Of a stretch of DNA of 64,000 nt, positions 26,180 through 39,784 are shown piece after piece; the first letter of the stretch is position 1, and every line of letters starts with the position of its first letter. A program made the position numbers and the translations under genes. This DNA comes from Dicyema japonicum. Taxonomy: Eukaryota > Animalia > Dicyemida. The stretch is taken from positions 1,498,236-1,562,235 of the forward strand of contig RDEW01000007.1 in NCBI GenBank assembly GCA_011109175.1, written 5' to 3'. Under the pieces are notes generated by a model. It saw nothing but the letters and a program-made list of their open reading frames with translations, searched no databases and was not told the DNA's origin.

Positions 26180-26910
26180 ATAATCGAAGTACTCATCAGT
26201 TACTGCAAACTATGAATTGCTTGCAATGAATGGAAAATTGTATTGCGATGGTGATTTCATCAAGCAATGTCCTGTAAAAACAGCGAAAATTAACTGGTAC
26301 CAATGCCCGAAAATACCACAAGTGAAGATATCTTTGTAAAACTACTACAAATTCTCTTTGATTATAGGTTTGATTTGAAGAAGCTTGTATGTTTGTGCTC
26401 CGATGGTGCTCCGAATATGGTCGGACGATATGCTGTGCTGCTGCCAAATTGCGAGCTGAAATAGAAAAGTTAAAACTTGGGTAATCATTTTCTCACTTTC
26501 ATTGTATTATTTATGAAAAAAAAATTGTGCTCACAGATTTTAAAAATTGAAAATACGACTAGTTTGGTCACGAAAACAATAAACTATATCATGCCTCATG
26601 CCATCGACCACCGCAGTTTAGTAAACTGCTGATAGATATTAATAATCAATTCATCGACATTTTTATTTATCCTCCAGTACGCTGATTATCGCTCCACAAA
26701 GTTGTTAAAAGATTTTATTTGGTGAGGCCGGAAATAATTCTATTTATGGTAATGAAAGGCTAAAACACAGACGAAATGAAAAAGCAGATGAAAGCTTACA
26801 AATGACACTATTGGAATTCCAACCAGATATTTAAAGCTAAATATTTGGAGGTTGGAATACCGCCTTCTTTTCATATCTTCCTGAAAAGTTTATAAACTTG
26901 AAACATTTTG
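26180..26910 (+). mobile_element. hAT-superfamily (SPIN/GTF2IRD2-like) transposase remnant
   Basis: CSDGAPNMVG, FHCII..KLC..IL...V.KTINYI..HAIDHRQF, VR*LSLHKVVKRF..EI..FM..KG. Confidence 0.8.
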
Positions 26911-28191
26911 ATATATCACGTGCATGAGCTGATTGACATACGGTTCTCCTACCATTAGCGTAACTTTTCCAATCAAAAACTAAGTGATCATTTCTTGTAA
27001 AAGCAAACCAAACCCTTGCAACTTATGGACCACGGATGAATACTCATATCACGAGATCATGGGCTAATTGAGATCATGTTATTAGACCTTGCGACATTTC
27101 AGCAATTATAGAATCAACTGAAATAGAAGATTCTCTGATCATTCATAGTACCTCACTTAGTTGATCTCTCTAATTATCGTGAAGGGCATCGTCAATTGGT
27201 GGATTCACTACTTCTGATCTTCAAACTTTAATTTTTGGATAACTGAATTCTTGAAGAATCACCGTTCAATTTGAGATATCCTCATTATTCGGATCTAAAG
27301 TCCAAAATTTTTGACGCAAATGGACAGCAAGCAAAACATCCCTTAAACAGCTTTTCTAAATAATCACATGCAGCACGTGATCCACCTATCTAGAAAACGC
27401 TCAATGATTGGGCGGAATCAAAAGAAAGATATTTCCTTCTACTTTATCTGAGGAGATTCACAATATTGATGAACGTGATACTTGAAAGGAATACGTCTCA
27501 CTTTTACTATGGGAACTTTATATACCTTAATCAGGAGTTAATTAACTTTTAATCTTTTCCCAGTATATCCAGGGATATTGAATAAATAAATTAATGCGGA
27601 TAAGTAGTAAAAAGTTTGTCATTGGTCTCTGCAACATATGTTTTTTGGTGATTAGGCTATGCCGAATAGGCTTAGGCTACTACTAAAACAGAATAAATAG
27701 GTATACCGTAGATCCGAGTATTTTGTTTATTGGACCTAATTTTATTGCATTAGCTCAGAAACATAAGAATTTTATCGAAATTGTGATGATTTCTGGTTAA
27801 CCTAGTTGATACTTTACATCTCCCACATCGGTAAGGAATTTTTGAATGCTTTTTTGTGAACACCGGTCTTCTGACCTTAAGCTATTCAATATTCCACAAT
27901 TCCATCAGAATTGTTCATATATCTTCTTAATTCACCATAAATTCCGGTTGTTGTTAAATTACCCTGACCTCGCTAACCGGCAGGAGGACGAGCCAGGTTA
28001 ACACAATTGTCCGGATTGTCGGCATCTTTAGGTGAAACACAATGACAACACTTACCTTCATAAATTGTCACGTGTTATTTTAACTTTTAATTTATTAAAA
28101 ATTGATATCAAAAATATTAGTTCATGTTAATTTTATGAGATTTCAGACATATATCCTCAGCTTCTTACAGACGACAAATTTCTTTCAATTT

Positions 28192-28255
28192 TGGGTCGAA
28201 TGGGATTCGAACCCGGATCCTATTGGTTTTTAATAAATAATGAGTGCTAACCGTT
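28192..28255 (-). pseudogene. tRNA-derived remnant or SINE head (copy B ~61235-61296)
   Basis: Minus strand has B-box/T-arm ccgggttcgaatccc and a partial A-box cggttagcac; no acceptor stem. Confidence 0.4.
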
Positions 28256-28499
28256 TTAGTAATTTATAAGATGAGTTAGAGCCTGAGTCCTCTGTGGCCT
28301 TGGAGGGAAATCTACTGAAATAGACGGGAACGCTCAGACAGGTCTCTGAATCGATGTGAGTCGGATTATTCTAGCTAATTAAAAAACAGATGTTTTTTTC
28401 TTAAATTTTTATTAATTTATTAAATTCAGACTTTTTCGAAATTATGAGTCATTTTTGCTAACGCAAACTCCAGCTGTTATTATGGCAATATTGTTACCT

Positions 28500-28740
28500 C
28501 AAGAGGAACATATGGAGTCTCAATGACAAGCGTCTATACTTTAGACTCATGCCCAAAGTTTCACGAAAAAATACAAACTTGAGGATTTTGTGTAATTTAT
28601 GCCTGGTCTTTAAAATACCTAGAAAGGGAATGTGATTTCTACACCAACAGGAGATCTCAGTTAGCGCTGATGGATATTTGAGCAAATCTCGCTTGCCATC
28701 ATGAGAGGGAATAGCCAAGGTGGCCATGTATGACCCTCGA
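28500..28740 (+). mobile_element. CRE-clade retrotransposon extreme C-terminus (copy B ~61540-61750)
   Basis: KKYK...F.P...TGD...WIFEQISLAIMRGN resembles the CRE terminal motif LFQRISLAIQRGN. Confidence 0.6.
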
Positions 28741-28912
28741 CAGACTGTTTCTTTATTTTTATTCCACTTAACTCATTAATAAAAAAATACCTAGAAAATC
28801 TATTTTATAATAAACAAGTTAAAGTCATCTGTAATTTTGATAAATTTTTGAGTCTGCTAATTAAGCAAGTCGATAAAATAATCCGACAGATGTTTTATTA
28901 CAATATAAAAGC

Positions 28913-29345
28913 ATGAAATTAAATTTCAATCAAATGCTGGGTTATTCGATTTTATTGATACTTTTTGTTGCATCCATGAGAGCCGTAATGTTTTTATATA
29001 ATCCAAAGACCTACAAAGAGAACAGGAGACTTCAAAATAAGAAGTTGATAGAGTCAAATATAGAAAGTAAATATTTTCTAACCTCAGATAGAAGGAAACA
29101 AATAAATGGCTTGGTACTCATTAATGGGGGTTGTTTGAACTTTTTATTTGATAGAGTATATTTGCGCCAAACCAGGAATACACGCACATCCTGATTGTTC
29201 AAAATTCACAATATGCGCACATATAGGAGAAAAGCCACGTATAAGAAATTGTCCACCTGAGTTTAAATTCGATTCAAGGATTAACACATGCAATTGGTCA
29301 TGGGATAGCAGATGCTATGAATCTTGGGAAGTCAAGAACATATAG
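28913..29345 (+). CDS. Small signal-anchored/secreted protein with chitin-binding type-2 (peritrophin-A/CBM14) domain, copy A
   Basis: Hydrophobic LGYSILLILFVASMRAV. A 25-nt intron (29130-29154) joins the two ORFs. Six-Cys pattern CAKPGIHAHPDCSKFTICAHIGEKPRIRNCPPEFKFDSRINTCNWSWDSRC. Confidence 0.85.
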
Positions 29346-29469
29346 AATTAGTGAGTTAATATTAATTATGGCTATTTTTCCTAATAAATCAAAAATTTAT
29401 GAATATTTGAAATTTAAAATACAAAATTTTTTTTAAAATTAATATAATTTAATTTAACATATCTAGGTA

Positions 29470-29815
29470 AGAATATCCCGTTTCGAATTTTGTTACCACC
29501 CATTCCGATTGAAAGTTTCGTTTACGATGCATTCGGGTTGACTCGTGACGTCGTCATCGTGCGTTTATTAAAATCTTTTTATGACTCCAGGATTCTTTCA
29601 CAGTTTTACCCCTTCTAGCTTCAAATTCTTGTCTGAACACACGTGTCAAGGACCCGAGTCATCAAAAGAATAACCTTGATTCGTTACTATTACGCTCTTT
29701 ATTCACTTGGTCAGCTTTTTATAGTGCTTCTTCACCTTTTTTTACGAAGGGCAACTTGATCGCCATCCTCCTAGTCTTATCAAGATGGTTGATTATTATC
29801 TCTCTTGGGCGAAAA
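29470..29815 (-). mobile_element. LINE 3' remnant homologous to 62500-62770
   Basis: Homologous to the end of the RT fragment at 62500-64000. Confidence 0.55.
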
Positions 29816-31114
29816 ATTTTATTGACTCAACTCATGTTGACTATTTTCAATTCTCCTATTTTCTTGACTCTTTCGCCATTCTGTAGTCTTAATTATTGCC
29901 AAATTTTCATTATTTAAAAATAATTGTTTTCTTTCAAAAAAAGTAAAAATAATTTCGTAACAAATAACTATAATTTTGATAGAAATTGAATTTTAATATA
30001 AAGATGCATGGAAGTAATCTATAAAATGATATATGGAGCAATTCATCAGCTATATTATGTCAATATTGGTTTATAAATTGATAAATATGACAATAAAAAA
30101 TTACTTCACAGTAGTAGACGCAGCTAGCATATAAAAAATTGTATTTCAGTTACAAATTATGCAGGATTAAGAAGAATCTGGAAGCTAGATTTACTGTTGT
30201 TTTTTCTATTAAAAATGGAACAATATATTTCTCAATGCATAAGGCTATTCGAAAAATATCCTTCCACATCAGTATTAGTTCAGAAAATATTTTTATAATT
30301 GATAAATTTATTATCTGAAGACCGAAAATTTTAACCTGAAAAAGTTTTTAATTATATTATTTTATATTTTTATAAAGTTTAGATTAGTTTTTTTATATTA
30401 AAAAAAATTTTTTTCTAGATAAATTTTTCATAATGTCAGAAAACGTTAAAAATTTGAATTTATAAAGTCAATTAAGTCAATTTTAATATCAAATTTTCAT
30501 AATTATAAAGTCAAAATAAAAATCTCCCTAGTAATAAGAAAAACCAAAAAAAAGCTGAAGATCCATTCAGTACAATCTTTAGTCGCAATTGAATTTGAGT
30601 AGATTCGACGATCATTACGGATATAGGGTCAAATCTTAAATACAAACGATAGTGCTACGGAAGAATTTGGAAAAGACATTGAATGTCAAACTAGTGTAGT
30701 CTCTAAACGTGGATTGTGCAGCGACGTGAACATACCTATACAGGAAATAAGGGTTGGCCTCAAGAAAAAAAGATTTATCAGACTGGCGCTATAAAATAAT
30801 TAATTTTACTTAAAATTTAAATAAACAATCTTTGGTATTTGAGAGAACTGGTTATAGGGGAAGCTAAAAGAGGCTGCTAACGAAGTTAAGTGCGCTGTAA
30901 GTTTATAATAAAGAATTAAAAACATAAAGAATCGTCGAAATAAAAAATCTTTTTTAAAAATTGATTACTTTATTATTGGGTTTTAGTTTTCCATTAAATC
31001 AATAGAAAATCATAAAACGATTCAATTACGACAAGAATATGATAAATATTGAATTATTTTACATTTAATAATAACTGCAGTTTCTGAATATGCCTTGGTA
31101 ATTGGAAGGGGCTA

Positions 31115-32023
31115 TTTCTCGAGATGTTAGTTGGTCTGACTTACTGAAGGGGGTTCTCGTATGTTTTGACGGGTCGTTCATGAGCGTGAAAGCTCCTTGT
31201 CTGCAAAGTAGTACTTTTACTCTTAAGTGGGACGATTGACTTTCCAGCCATAGAGTGTTTTTGGCGTTAAAATTCACTACTAAAGTCATGTCCACTCATA
31301 TAAACTCTTTCCGATATAAATCGAGTAGGCCACCCCCCACCCGCTTCTTCTTCCGTTCAGTCCGCATTGACTTGTATCCAGGGAACATCATTGTAGGACT
31401 ATTTGTAGGCAGTTTCGTCTCTTGTATCAAAGCCACGTCGATATTCAGCTACGCCAAAAGAGAGCGCAGTTCTAATAATTTGCTTTTTACTCCATTGACA
31501 TTTAGTTGAAGAACTGTGGTCAGTTTTTTGAGGTGGGCTAAGGGTTCATTTTAGATGGATGAGAATATTGTGCGTACCTCCGGGAGACAGTTTTTTTCGA
31601 AAGTAAATGTTTACTTCTTTGGAGGAACATTAGGTGCCTTCTGGGCGTTAACAACACTTCAGAATCGGTGAACCACATAACGCCACTCTAAAATTATTGT
31701 TCACATTTGGTTAACAGAAATAAGTAGACTTTTGATTAGTTCTTTTCTCCAGCCTCTTTATAAAATTTTTTTAGTTAAACTTTTATTTCGTTCAAAACAT
31801 AAGTTAGTTGTCGCTTTCATCGCCTGGCTTTTCCCTTGAGAATTGCGACGGAAATTCGCTCAAATAACAAACGGCGTTCACGGACATTTCCAGTGCATGA
31901 GATGATCCGGTTTACACGACGTTAGAAAAACTCGAGTGTATAGGAGGAGTATGATCTGGAAGTCTCCATAGCAAGGGGAACAATTTTGACATCATCGGGA
32001 AGGTCGACGTACTTTTCTTGTTT
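31115..32023 (-). mobile_element. LINE 5'/APE fragment flanked by 85-bp direct repeats (31030-31114, 32024-32108)
   Basis: TVLQLNVNGVKSK...IDVALIQETKL...PGYK...GGGLL, NFNAKNTLW, MNDPSKHTR. Confidence 0.8.
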
Positions 32024-35000
32024 GACAAGAATATGATAAATATTGAATTATTTTATTTCTAATAATAACTGCATTTTCTGAATATGCCTTGGTAATTGGA
32101 AGGGGCTAGTTTACAAAACATGCACTTTCTCTGACAAAATGAAAATTGCTGACTCTTCTAAAACTTTCAGCATCCATGAAGCCTCCAACAATTAATATCA
32201 TTCAAATTGATAAAAACCAACTCTAAGAAGAGATAAGACAAAGCTTCAAATTGATAAAAACCAAGCCCATTTTTTTATTTTAAAAAGATATCATTGCTTT
32301 GCTAAAAAATAAAAGTTAATATTAAAAATCGAATTTTTGATCTCTTCTAATTTAGAAAGTTTACTTATACCAGCTAAACTCAATTGTAGAATAATATAAA
32401 AATACATATTTTGACACCTTCTAGATTGAGTACCAACCTCGTGGTATCTAATTTCGAATTGATCTTCGAATTTGATTCTCACTTGAAAATAACCCATTTT
32501 TAAAGGGACCCCGATTTCTCCCTCTGCAAGAAAAGTCATCGGTTTGGCAAATAAAATCTGTAGCTGGGGAAAATAAAAGTGGTTTTTATTCAATGAAACA
32601 TATCTGAGATGGTTCACAAATACTTTCAACAACAACAAAAAATCATTAACTTTTTGTGCTTAAACGTATTTCTATGTTTATTAATAAAATACTTCCATTC
32701 AATTTTTTGACAAATCCTTGAAGATCGAAGCTATCCAAAAAGGGCTTCTAAAATTACAGAACAATGGACTTCTGGTAAATTCCAGTCTCCAATGCTTTGG
32801 AATCGATAAAACGTAGAACCGAGAAACGTGCCTTTGCGACTTCGAAAATTTAGTTAAACACACGATACGTGATTGAGTAGGCTCGAGGGATAAGCATCGG
32901 GCCGAGTTGAGGTCTCTATTAGAGCATGATAGGATCAATTGTTTAATTAGTTTTGTTTTATTGTGATCTTTAGAATTTTTTTAATTTTTATTTCACTGAA
33001 ATATTATCATCCAAAAATATTATTCAACTTAACATTTAGCATTTCGAAAACAGTGTTGTTGTACTATTTAGCTTTTTCCATTCTTGATATGTTATAGCAT
33101 CCTTAAGGCTTATTTCTTTACATGTCTCGGTTGATGATTTTCCGAGTTCAATTTTTTTCAGTTTTTGAATTAAAAAAATAAAAATAATAAGAAATAAAAA
33201 AATTTTTGAAAATGAGGCGGATTTGAGAATTTCTCATATGGAATTTTGTATTTTTAAAAAAATGCTGCGGATTCGAGAGGTTTTACTGTATTTTGCTAAA
33301 TCAGGGAATTATAAGGAAATTACAGAATTTGAGTTTTCATTATCTTCTGAGTCCGTCACCACGTCCATATAATGCAGAAAAGATAAAGTGTAGTATTTCA
33401 GAAAATTTAGACAAGATTTTTAATAAAATTCAATTGATTCTAATAATTTCCAACTTAGTATTAAATGACTCCTTTTTTGCATTTTATTTGATTTTAGACT
33501 TTTATTTCTAACTAGCTCGGCTGCTCGCTTCGCTCACTGCGATCTAGGTTCTGCGGAACGCAGAACGGGGAACTAATGCTGTTACTTAATACATCGCTGG
33601 ACGAGGACGGTCAAAGGATGATACGGGTCATTATTGCGTACACAGAAATACAAGTCTGGGTGGGTTCAGAGCAATTCCCGGCACTCCTCAAAAAGTTTCT
33701 TTATCGCATACTATTTGTTACCTACAGGTTGATATTTTCTGAAACAACTGTGCTGGCAAGTTAAACTTCATAGAATGGATGGTCATCGATTCCTTGGGTC
33801 CTGGTATATAAGACTAATGTTTTGAAGGGTAACTTACAGAAGAGGATCATTAATCAGTGTGATGCAAAACTCAACCACGTTCTAGCTATTAGACTGATCA
33901 ATAGTATTATGAAGATGTTAACAATTATTTAATCTAAGGAAGCAATCATTCCTGTTCAGTTTCCAGAATAATATCACTCCTTGTTGGTTACTGCAGGGGA
34001 ACATAGTGTTGAAACACCATCGCGAGCACTTTCTATAAACAATCAAATACATCCATATGAGATAATCCTACAAAAACAATGAGAGCGTGAGTACAGCAAG
34101 GGTCGGTCCCTGTGGATAACTTGATATCATCTATATTATGACAACCGTATAGGTTCTGGTTTCTGATCATCTTCGGATAGTGTATGTCCAATAGGGATTT
34201 CAGTTGTTTTCTGTGTTAAGCTTTCAAGCTTTCAGTACAAGTTTGATTCAAATCCCAGTTGTACAGCAAAATGGTTAGAATAAATGCATTGTATAAACGC
34301 ACCAGACGTGTGAATATTTTAGCCACGTGGACATTAGTCGTTTAAGTGCTAGAGTAGATAACATTTTCCCAATCATCGAGTAGTGAGCCGACTTTGTTCT
34401 CCATTTCTCATCTGTCAATTGAGTTTTTCTTTTACAGTTGTGACCTCCGTCTTTTGTTTTGTCATTTTCAGAAACCATCCAGCGAATGCTCCCGGAGCTG
34501 ATTTATAACAGTTTTGATCTCTTATGTGTTCTCCGAAATAAGTCTACGTCTACGTCATCCGCGTAAATTTGTTCTGTGAACAAAGTCGGCCCATTATGAG
34601 AGTTTATCCACAATTGGCATTGCTAAGTTTTCAGCTCTTTCCACCGGAGTAGATTCTGACGCACGTGGAAATACTCTTCAACAACAACTGATAGGTTGTC
34701 CACAAAATAATTGTTTCAGAATCGTAGAAGACTGTCTCCAACCTTTAAACGCAAATTAGACAGACTGAACTATCGTATTGGTCATTTTAAACCAAAGGTC
34801 GACACACACAGAATAAACGTTGAATAAACGAAGGAAAGAGCTGAAAATTACAGAAGACGATGGCTCATCCATTTTAGAAGAGATAGAACGCAAAAATGAG
34901 CGACTGGAGACGATGAAGGGGGAATTGTGTGAAATATTTGAGAAGTATCGTCAAAACGAGCAAAATGAGGCAAATCTCTAAAAGGAACGGTTAATCACTG

Positions 35001-35226
35001 AGATTGCCAAGACATCACACAATGTTGCAAACATTCTGTCTCTTTAATAATTATCGCAGAAGTCGAAGCTTTGTCTTTAATTACAATAAGCCCTTTAAGG
35101 GTTTTGACTCAAAATATAAGGTCTATGGAATCGTGGCTAACCTGATAAAACCTAAGAACACAGAGATGATCACTGTTATCGAAGTGGCGGCTAAAACGAA
35201 AATAATCCCAAATTGCATTGGCGGCT

Positions 35227-36841
35227 AAAACGTCACCAAAATTGTCTACAAGCTCCAATGTTATCCCAGTGAGGACGATGCAAGGAAAAAGATCCTCTTT
35301 TGATAATTTCAAAGAGATGGGTTTGTCGACAATCTGGAAATCGGAAGGGGGGAAATCCGACCATGAAAATATATGTAATGATTCCCAAAGCCCACAACTC
35401 GACCTCCATGCCATACCCGATTTTTTTAAGTATTTCAGTAGCCACACTAGTCGCGGTACCGCACACAATAAAGGCCAAACAATTCGCTTCTATTGCAAGT
35501 CCAAAATCTCCCAATTTAAGACACTTTGTCCATTCGTTCTTCGATTAATCTAAAAGTAATCCAAATGAACTACACAAGAATATTCTCAGGTTTGACGTCT
35601 CTGTGCATAATTAGCCTTGAATGAAGATAAAACAAATCATTATCGATGTCCCTCACCATTTCTGAGGAGTCCTTTTTCTGAGAATTTGGAGGTCGCCTTA
35701 ATGTGATCAAACAAGCCCCCAACTTTGAAAAATCCAAATCCAAAAAAACCTCCACCAATTCCATCACCATGAAGACTTCCTTGACTGTATAAAATTTTTC
35801 GTAAAGCGTTATAATGTTTTCATCATTGCATCGACTTAAAATGTTGACCTCCTGTCGAAGGAGTGATTCCTTTCCCACATACTTGATTTGTCCACAATTT
35901 CACCGCGAAAATACCACCTGTATATGTTCAATAGAAAACACCTGTCGTTATCTTCTTAGTTTTGTGCACCAAGGCGAAGTCATCACCCCTATTTTTCCAG
36001 ATAAAATGTAGTCATCGTAGAAATTTGATCTCGTCTTTACGATCGTAGGTAGCTTGGGTTGGTCTATTCTAAACTATTCATGTAATATATTACGATTTTC
36101 AAATTCTGTTAGATAAATTTAGACAGCTCATTATTAGAATGTTCAGCATGTTTTGACTGTAAAGTTGAATTGGGGGTCTTTACTAATATTTGTTGACGGA
36201 AGAACTGCTTGACTAATTTTGGGAAGTTTCCTTGGTCATTTTGCAGCCTTGAAATGTATTTTCTCTTATTTTTACTACAAATTAGCGGGGTATTTACTTT
36301 ATTTCTGTGATATGGTCAATATGTGGGGACCTTTTTCGAAATTTCTGGAAAAATGTTAAGTTTTGGGGATTTATTCCTTTTAAGGCGAGGTTTTTCTAAT
36401 TTTGAGGAAATTTTTTTCGTGTTCCGGTTTCTTGGGAATTTTTGATTTGTGAGATTTTCAGAAGCTTTCAAAGCCTGACTCCAACTACTAAGATGTGATT
36501 TGTGTGAGGTCCATCGTGGAAAATATTAATCAACATGGTGTGGACTACTCTAATTTTGGTGAAGTGATTAGGAGGGACGAATATGAACACATTTCTCCGG
36601 AAAATAAGCTTTTCTGGCTTATTGAATATCCTTCCCCTGATTGAATATTACGTTCCAACCATTTTCCCCCTTCTGTTAACCCGCGTGAAATAATCGGTAA
36701 TATCTTTGTATAGAATAGTGAATTGGTCGGGCTTTAAATATTGCTGTTTTAAAAGCAATGACATTTTATGTTGGGAAAAAAGCCATACTGACATATTATG
36801 ATCACTTTGGAGGAGACGGAGGGTTCTTGTCCTAGTTTCAT
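35227..36841 (-). pseudogene. DCLK: Doublecortin-like kinase, copy B
   Basis: Paralog of 2745-4374. HRDVKPENIL and GDFG are intact, but the activation segment reads CGTATSVATE and there are frameshifts. Confidence 0.85.
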
Positions 36842-36919
36842 TTCCCTTGTTTTTATTGTTTTTCTTTCAGCTGTAGAAAATTTTTTGTTTTTGTCGTGAA
36901 TTCCATTCAATAACGTGGT

Positions 36920-38065
36920 TCAAATCGAAAAGAGCTTAGCAAACCCGACGAAGGTTAAATCAATTGGATCAAAGTCATCAATTTCATCAAAGTTTATAGG
37001 TACACATATCGACCAGTCTTCGGGTGTACAGAAAATTGACTTTTCAGAAGATGGTTGAGTTTTCGACTGACTTCCACGTAAGGCGATAACAGAGTAATAG
37101 TTTGGCTTCAATGGGCCCCTCTTCCATTTCCAGGAATCAACCTTGATATTGTTCACCGACCATTCTATGTGACTCCATCTGCGAGCGCTTGTTTCGAAAC
37201 ATAAAAGTTCTTCCATCATCTTTTCAGTGAATTCATCATTGTCAAACAAATCCAGGATTTTCATGCAATCTTCTTCAGTTTTCAGACTATCCTGCCCAAT
37301 CAGGGCATAGTCAATAAAATAAGAGTCGATCACTTCCAAGGCTCTGGTCAGAGTAGGATGTAGAATATTCTCCTGTCACAAATTTCCCCAAACTGAACTT
37401 TGTGATTTTTCTTTTCATTTCCTTCAATCAGTTTATTTTAAACCCCAATGAGAGACAAGTACTCTGCTATAGACCCTCGTGCTCTCTGGGACAAATACCG
37501 AGCTTTTTTATCGCAAACCCAGCAATGGAGTCCACGTCTACCTGAATAAACCAAAGGAAATGGGAAAACCCGAAATCCTCTGAAAATAAAGCAGTAAATC
37601 ACCTTTCAAGGAAGAATTTAATATTTTGGCGGCAATCACCAGCAGTTTCCAACAGAGGGAACACATGTCGTCCCTTTGCAGCATTTTCTGACATCATCAA
37701 AGTCAGTCAGGTCGATATCGAAAACTAATTCCTTCTCCACAACTTCCATGACTCCGGATCTGACTGTTTTGTGATCCTTTGGTCTGAAATTGTAAACAGG
37801 ACCGATATTAATCTTCCAAGGACATCTCTGCTGCACCGCCGACTGCATTTCCGGATGATTGCTAAAAGACAAATGTCGACAGTAGATATCATCTTTCAAT
37901 ATAAAAGAGAACTCTCTATTCGAGAAAATTGAAGACACTTCAAGATCACAAATATGTTCTACCTTGGCCATATGAGAGCCATCGATAAATGTCAGAGTAT
38001 GGATATAGCTTTTTGTTGTAAATTGACAAATATTCCCCAATGAACGTCGGGTCGAACTTATTCAT
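36920..38065 (-). CDS. PRIM1: DNA primase small subunit, copy B (catalytic motifs intact; several single-base indels, so real pseudogene or sequencing error)
   Basis: FSNREFSFILKDDIY, PWKINIGPVY, EKELVFDIDLTDFDDVRKCC, SGRRGLHCWVCD. 23-nt intron at 37580-37602. Confidence 0.9.
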
Positions 38066-38819
38066 ACCGCTCATTAATTTAAGTATTTTTTAAATTTAAT
38101 TAAATTATATATTAATTCTTTGGCACTTTTTTTTAATGTTTTAAAAATAATTTTTTCTCATGTGATCCACTTGTCTCAGAAGACGCGCACTGCCTAGCCG
38201 GCATAAAAAGGATCAATTTTTTCCTTGTTCTACTAGGAGATCTCATGTGGATATGGATGGACGTGATGTTCGGAATGGAGACATCTTACTCCGACCATAG
38301 AAACTGTATATACCTTAATTAGACGTTAATTAACTCTCAACCTTTTTTTCAGTATATCAGGAGTTATTGAATGAATATTTGTTTCTCACTGCTACCCCCA
38401 CTGTTGTGAACTTATTATTGTGTGAATTCCCTACGTAAGCTAATGAAAATATCCACATTACTGACGCCGATGACATTGTACTGGACTTAATTTTCCTGGA
38501 CATTTAGATTGATTCGCAAGAATGCATCTGCGCTTATTCAGAATAAGACGTACAGAGTGACAAAACTCAATTACTGGAAGGAAATGTCTACTAATTCCTC
38601 TCAAAACCTTAATTCGTCTAAACGGAACAATGTGCCAGCTACAACGTGACTTCTATATCCATCACGACCTTGTGTGTGCTCAAAAGGAAACACTAAAAAG
38701 GAAACATGGAATCAAAAGGAAACATGATGTTTTGTTGAGTAAAAGATAACAATTTACTATATTTTCGACCAAATTGCCCTTCTATGCTCCCAACCTAACA
38801 AAATATAAAACATTTACTA

Positions 38820-38933
<114 letters not shown>

Positions 38934-39059
38934 TCAATGTTATTTCTTTTCTGGTTGAGCCATCATAATTAAAGTTTGCATAAAGCGCTTCTTTTCTTTA
39001 AAAGTCTAAAAATCACCAATCATACTATTATATCAGTAAACAGATTAATCTGAGAATCA

Positions 39060-39220
39060 CTGATGCTGGAAACAATTATCACTTCTAAGGAAGTTCAGAG
39101 TGCCTGTAGCAATCTAAAGAATCACATGAGCACTGGACAGATAGCATCTCTTCGGAACTGCTGAAAAATGGACTTATATATGTCTTCGAAACCATTGTGA
39201 CATTAATTAATTGTTTTCTT
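39060..39220 (+). mobile_element. LINE RT N-terminal fragment
   Basis: ITSKEVQSACSNLKNHMSTG.DSISSELLKNG. Confidence 0.55.
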
Positions 39221-39784
39221 AATACATATACCCAATCCCAAGAATTCCATTTCCATGTATCCCTAGAGTTTCATCCACCTTTACACTAAGAGTCTCATCC
39301 ACCATTATCTGCCTTTCATGTATCCTGTTACCACTTCGAGGAAAATCGTACCGCCAAGTGATTTGAGACGTGTTCATCCTATAGGCTAGTCAGAACCAGG
39401 AACCGTGGGATTTCCTGCTCTTCTTATGGAGATATTTTACACCTCTTGTGTATAAAGCTATCCCAAACAGCAGAGAGCACACAGTAGTATGGCATTGCCA
39501 AACATGCCTTGGCCTATGGAGGGAGGTTCTCCGTGCCCGCATTACTGTTAAATTTCCCATAATTACCATTCAACCACTGACCCAAAAACATTTTTACACC
39601 TCATCTCTGTTTACGTTCTTTACGGACTATCCCTGAGAAGATCCCCAAGACCATAAGACCTGTCGTTGCAGAGGCCCTTTTAAGTGTAACGCAAGATAAC
39701 GTAGCACAGGATTGGGTTCGCTTATTCAGTTTTGCGCCATCTGCACTCGGATCTGATCGAATTAATAATAAAAATTAAATAATA

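Larger units (their letters stand above)
1..29815 (+). repeat. Segmental/tandem duplication unit, copy A
   Basis: Position 1 onward (tttcgaattgatcttcgaatttg) matches 32452 onward. Colinear homology continues, with large indels, to ~29815 (= ~62770). Many ORF-track proteins occur twice (210/32699, 1792/34275, 17154/50030, 29148/62167). Confidence 0.95.

Noticed and set aside
28192-28255. Functional tRNA gene
   Set aside because: No acceptor stem or credible anticodon arm.
30430-32930. Possible degenerate host gene on + (WD40/dynein intermediate chain-like guess)
   Set aside because: Coding-like patches with many stops and no diagnostic motif I can defend.
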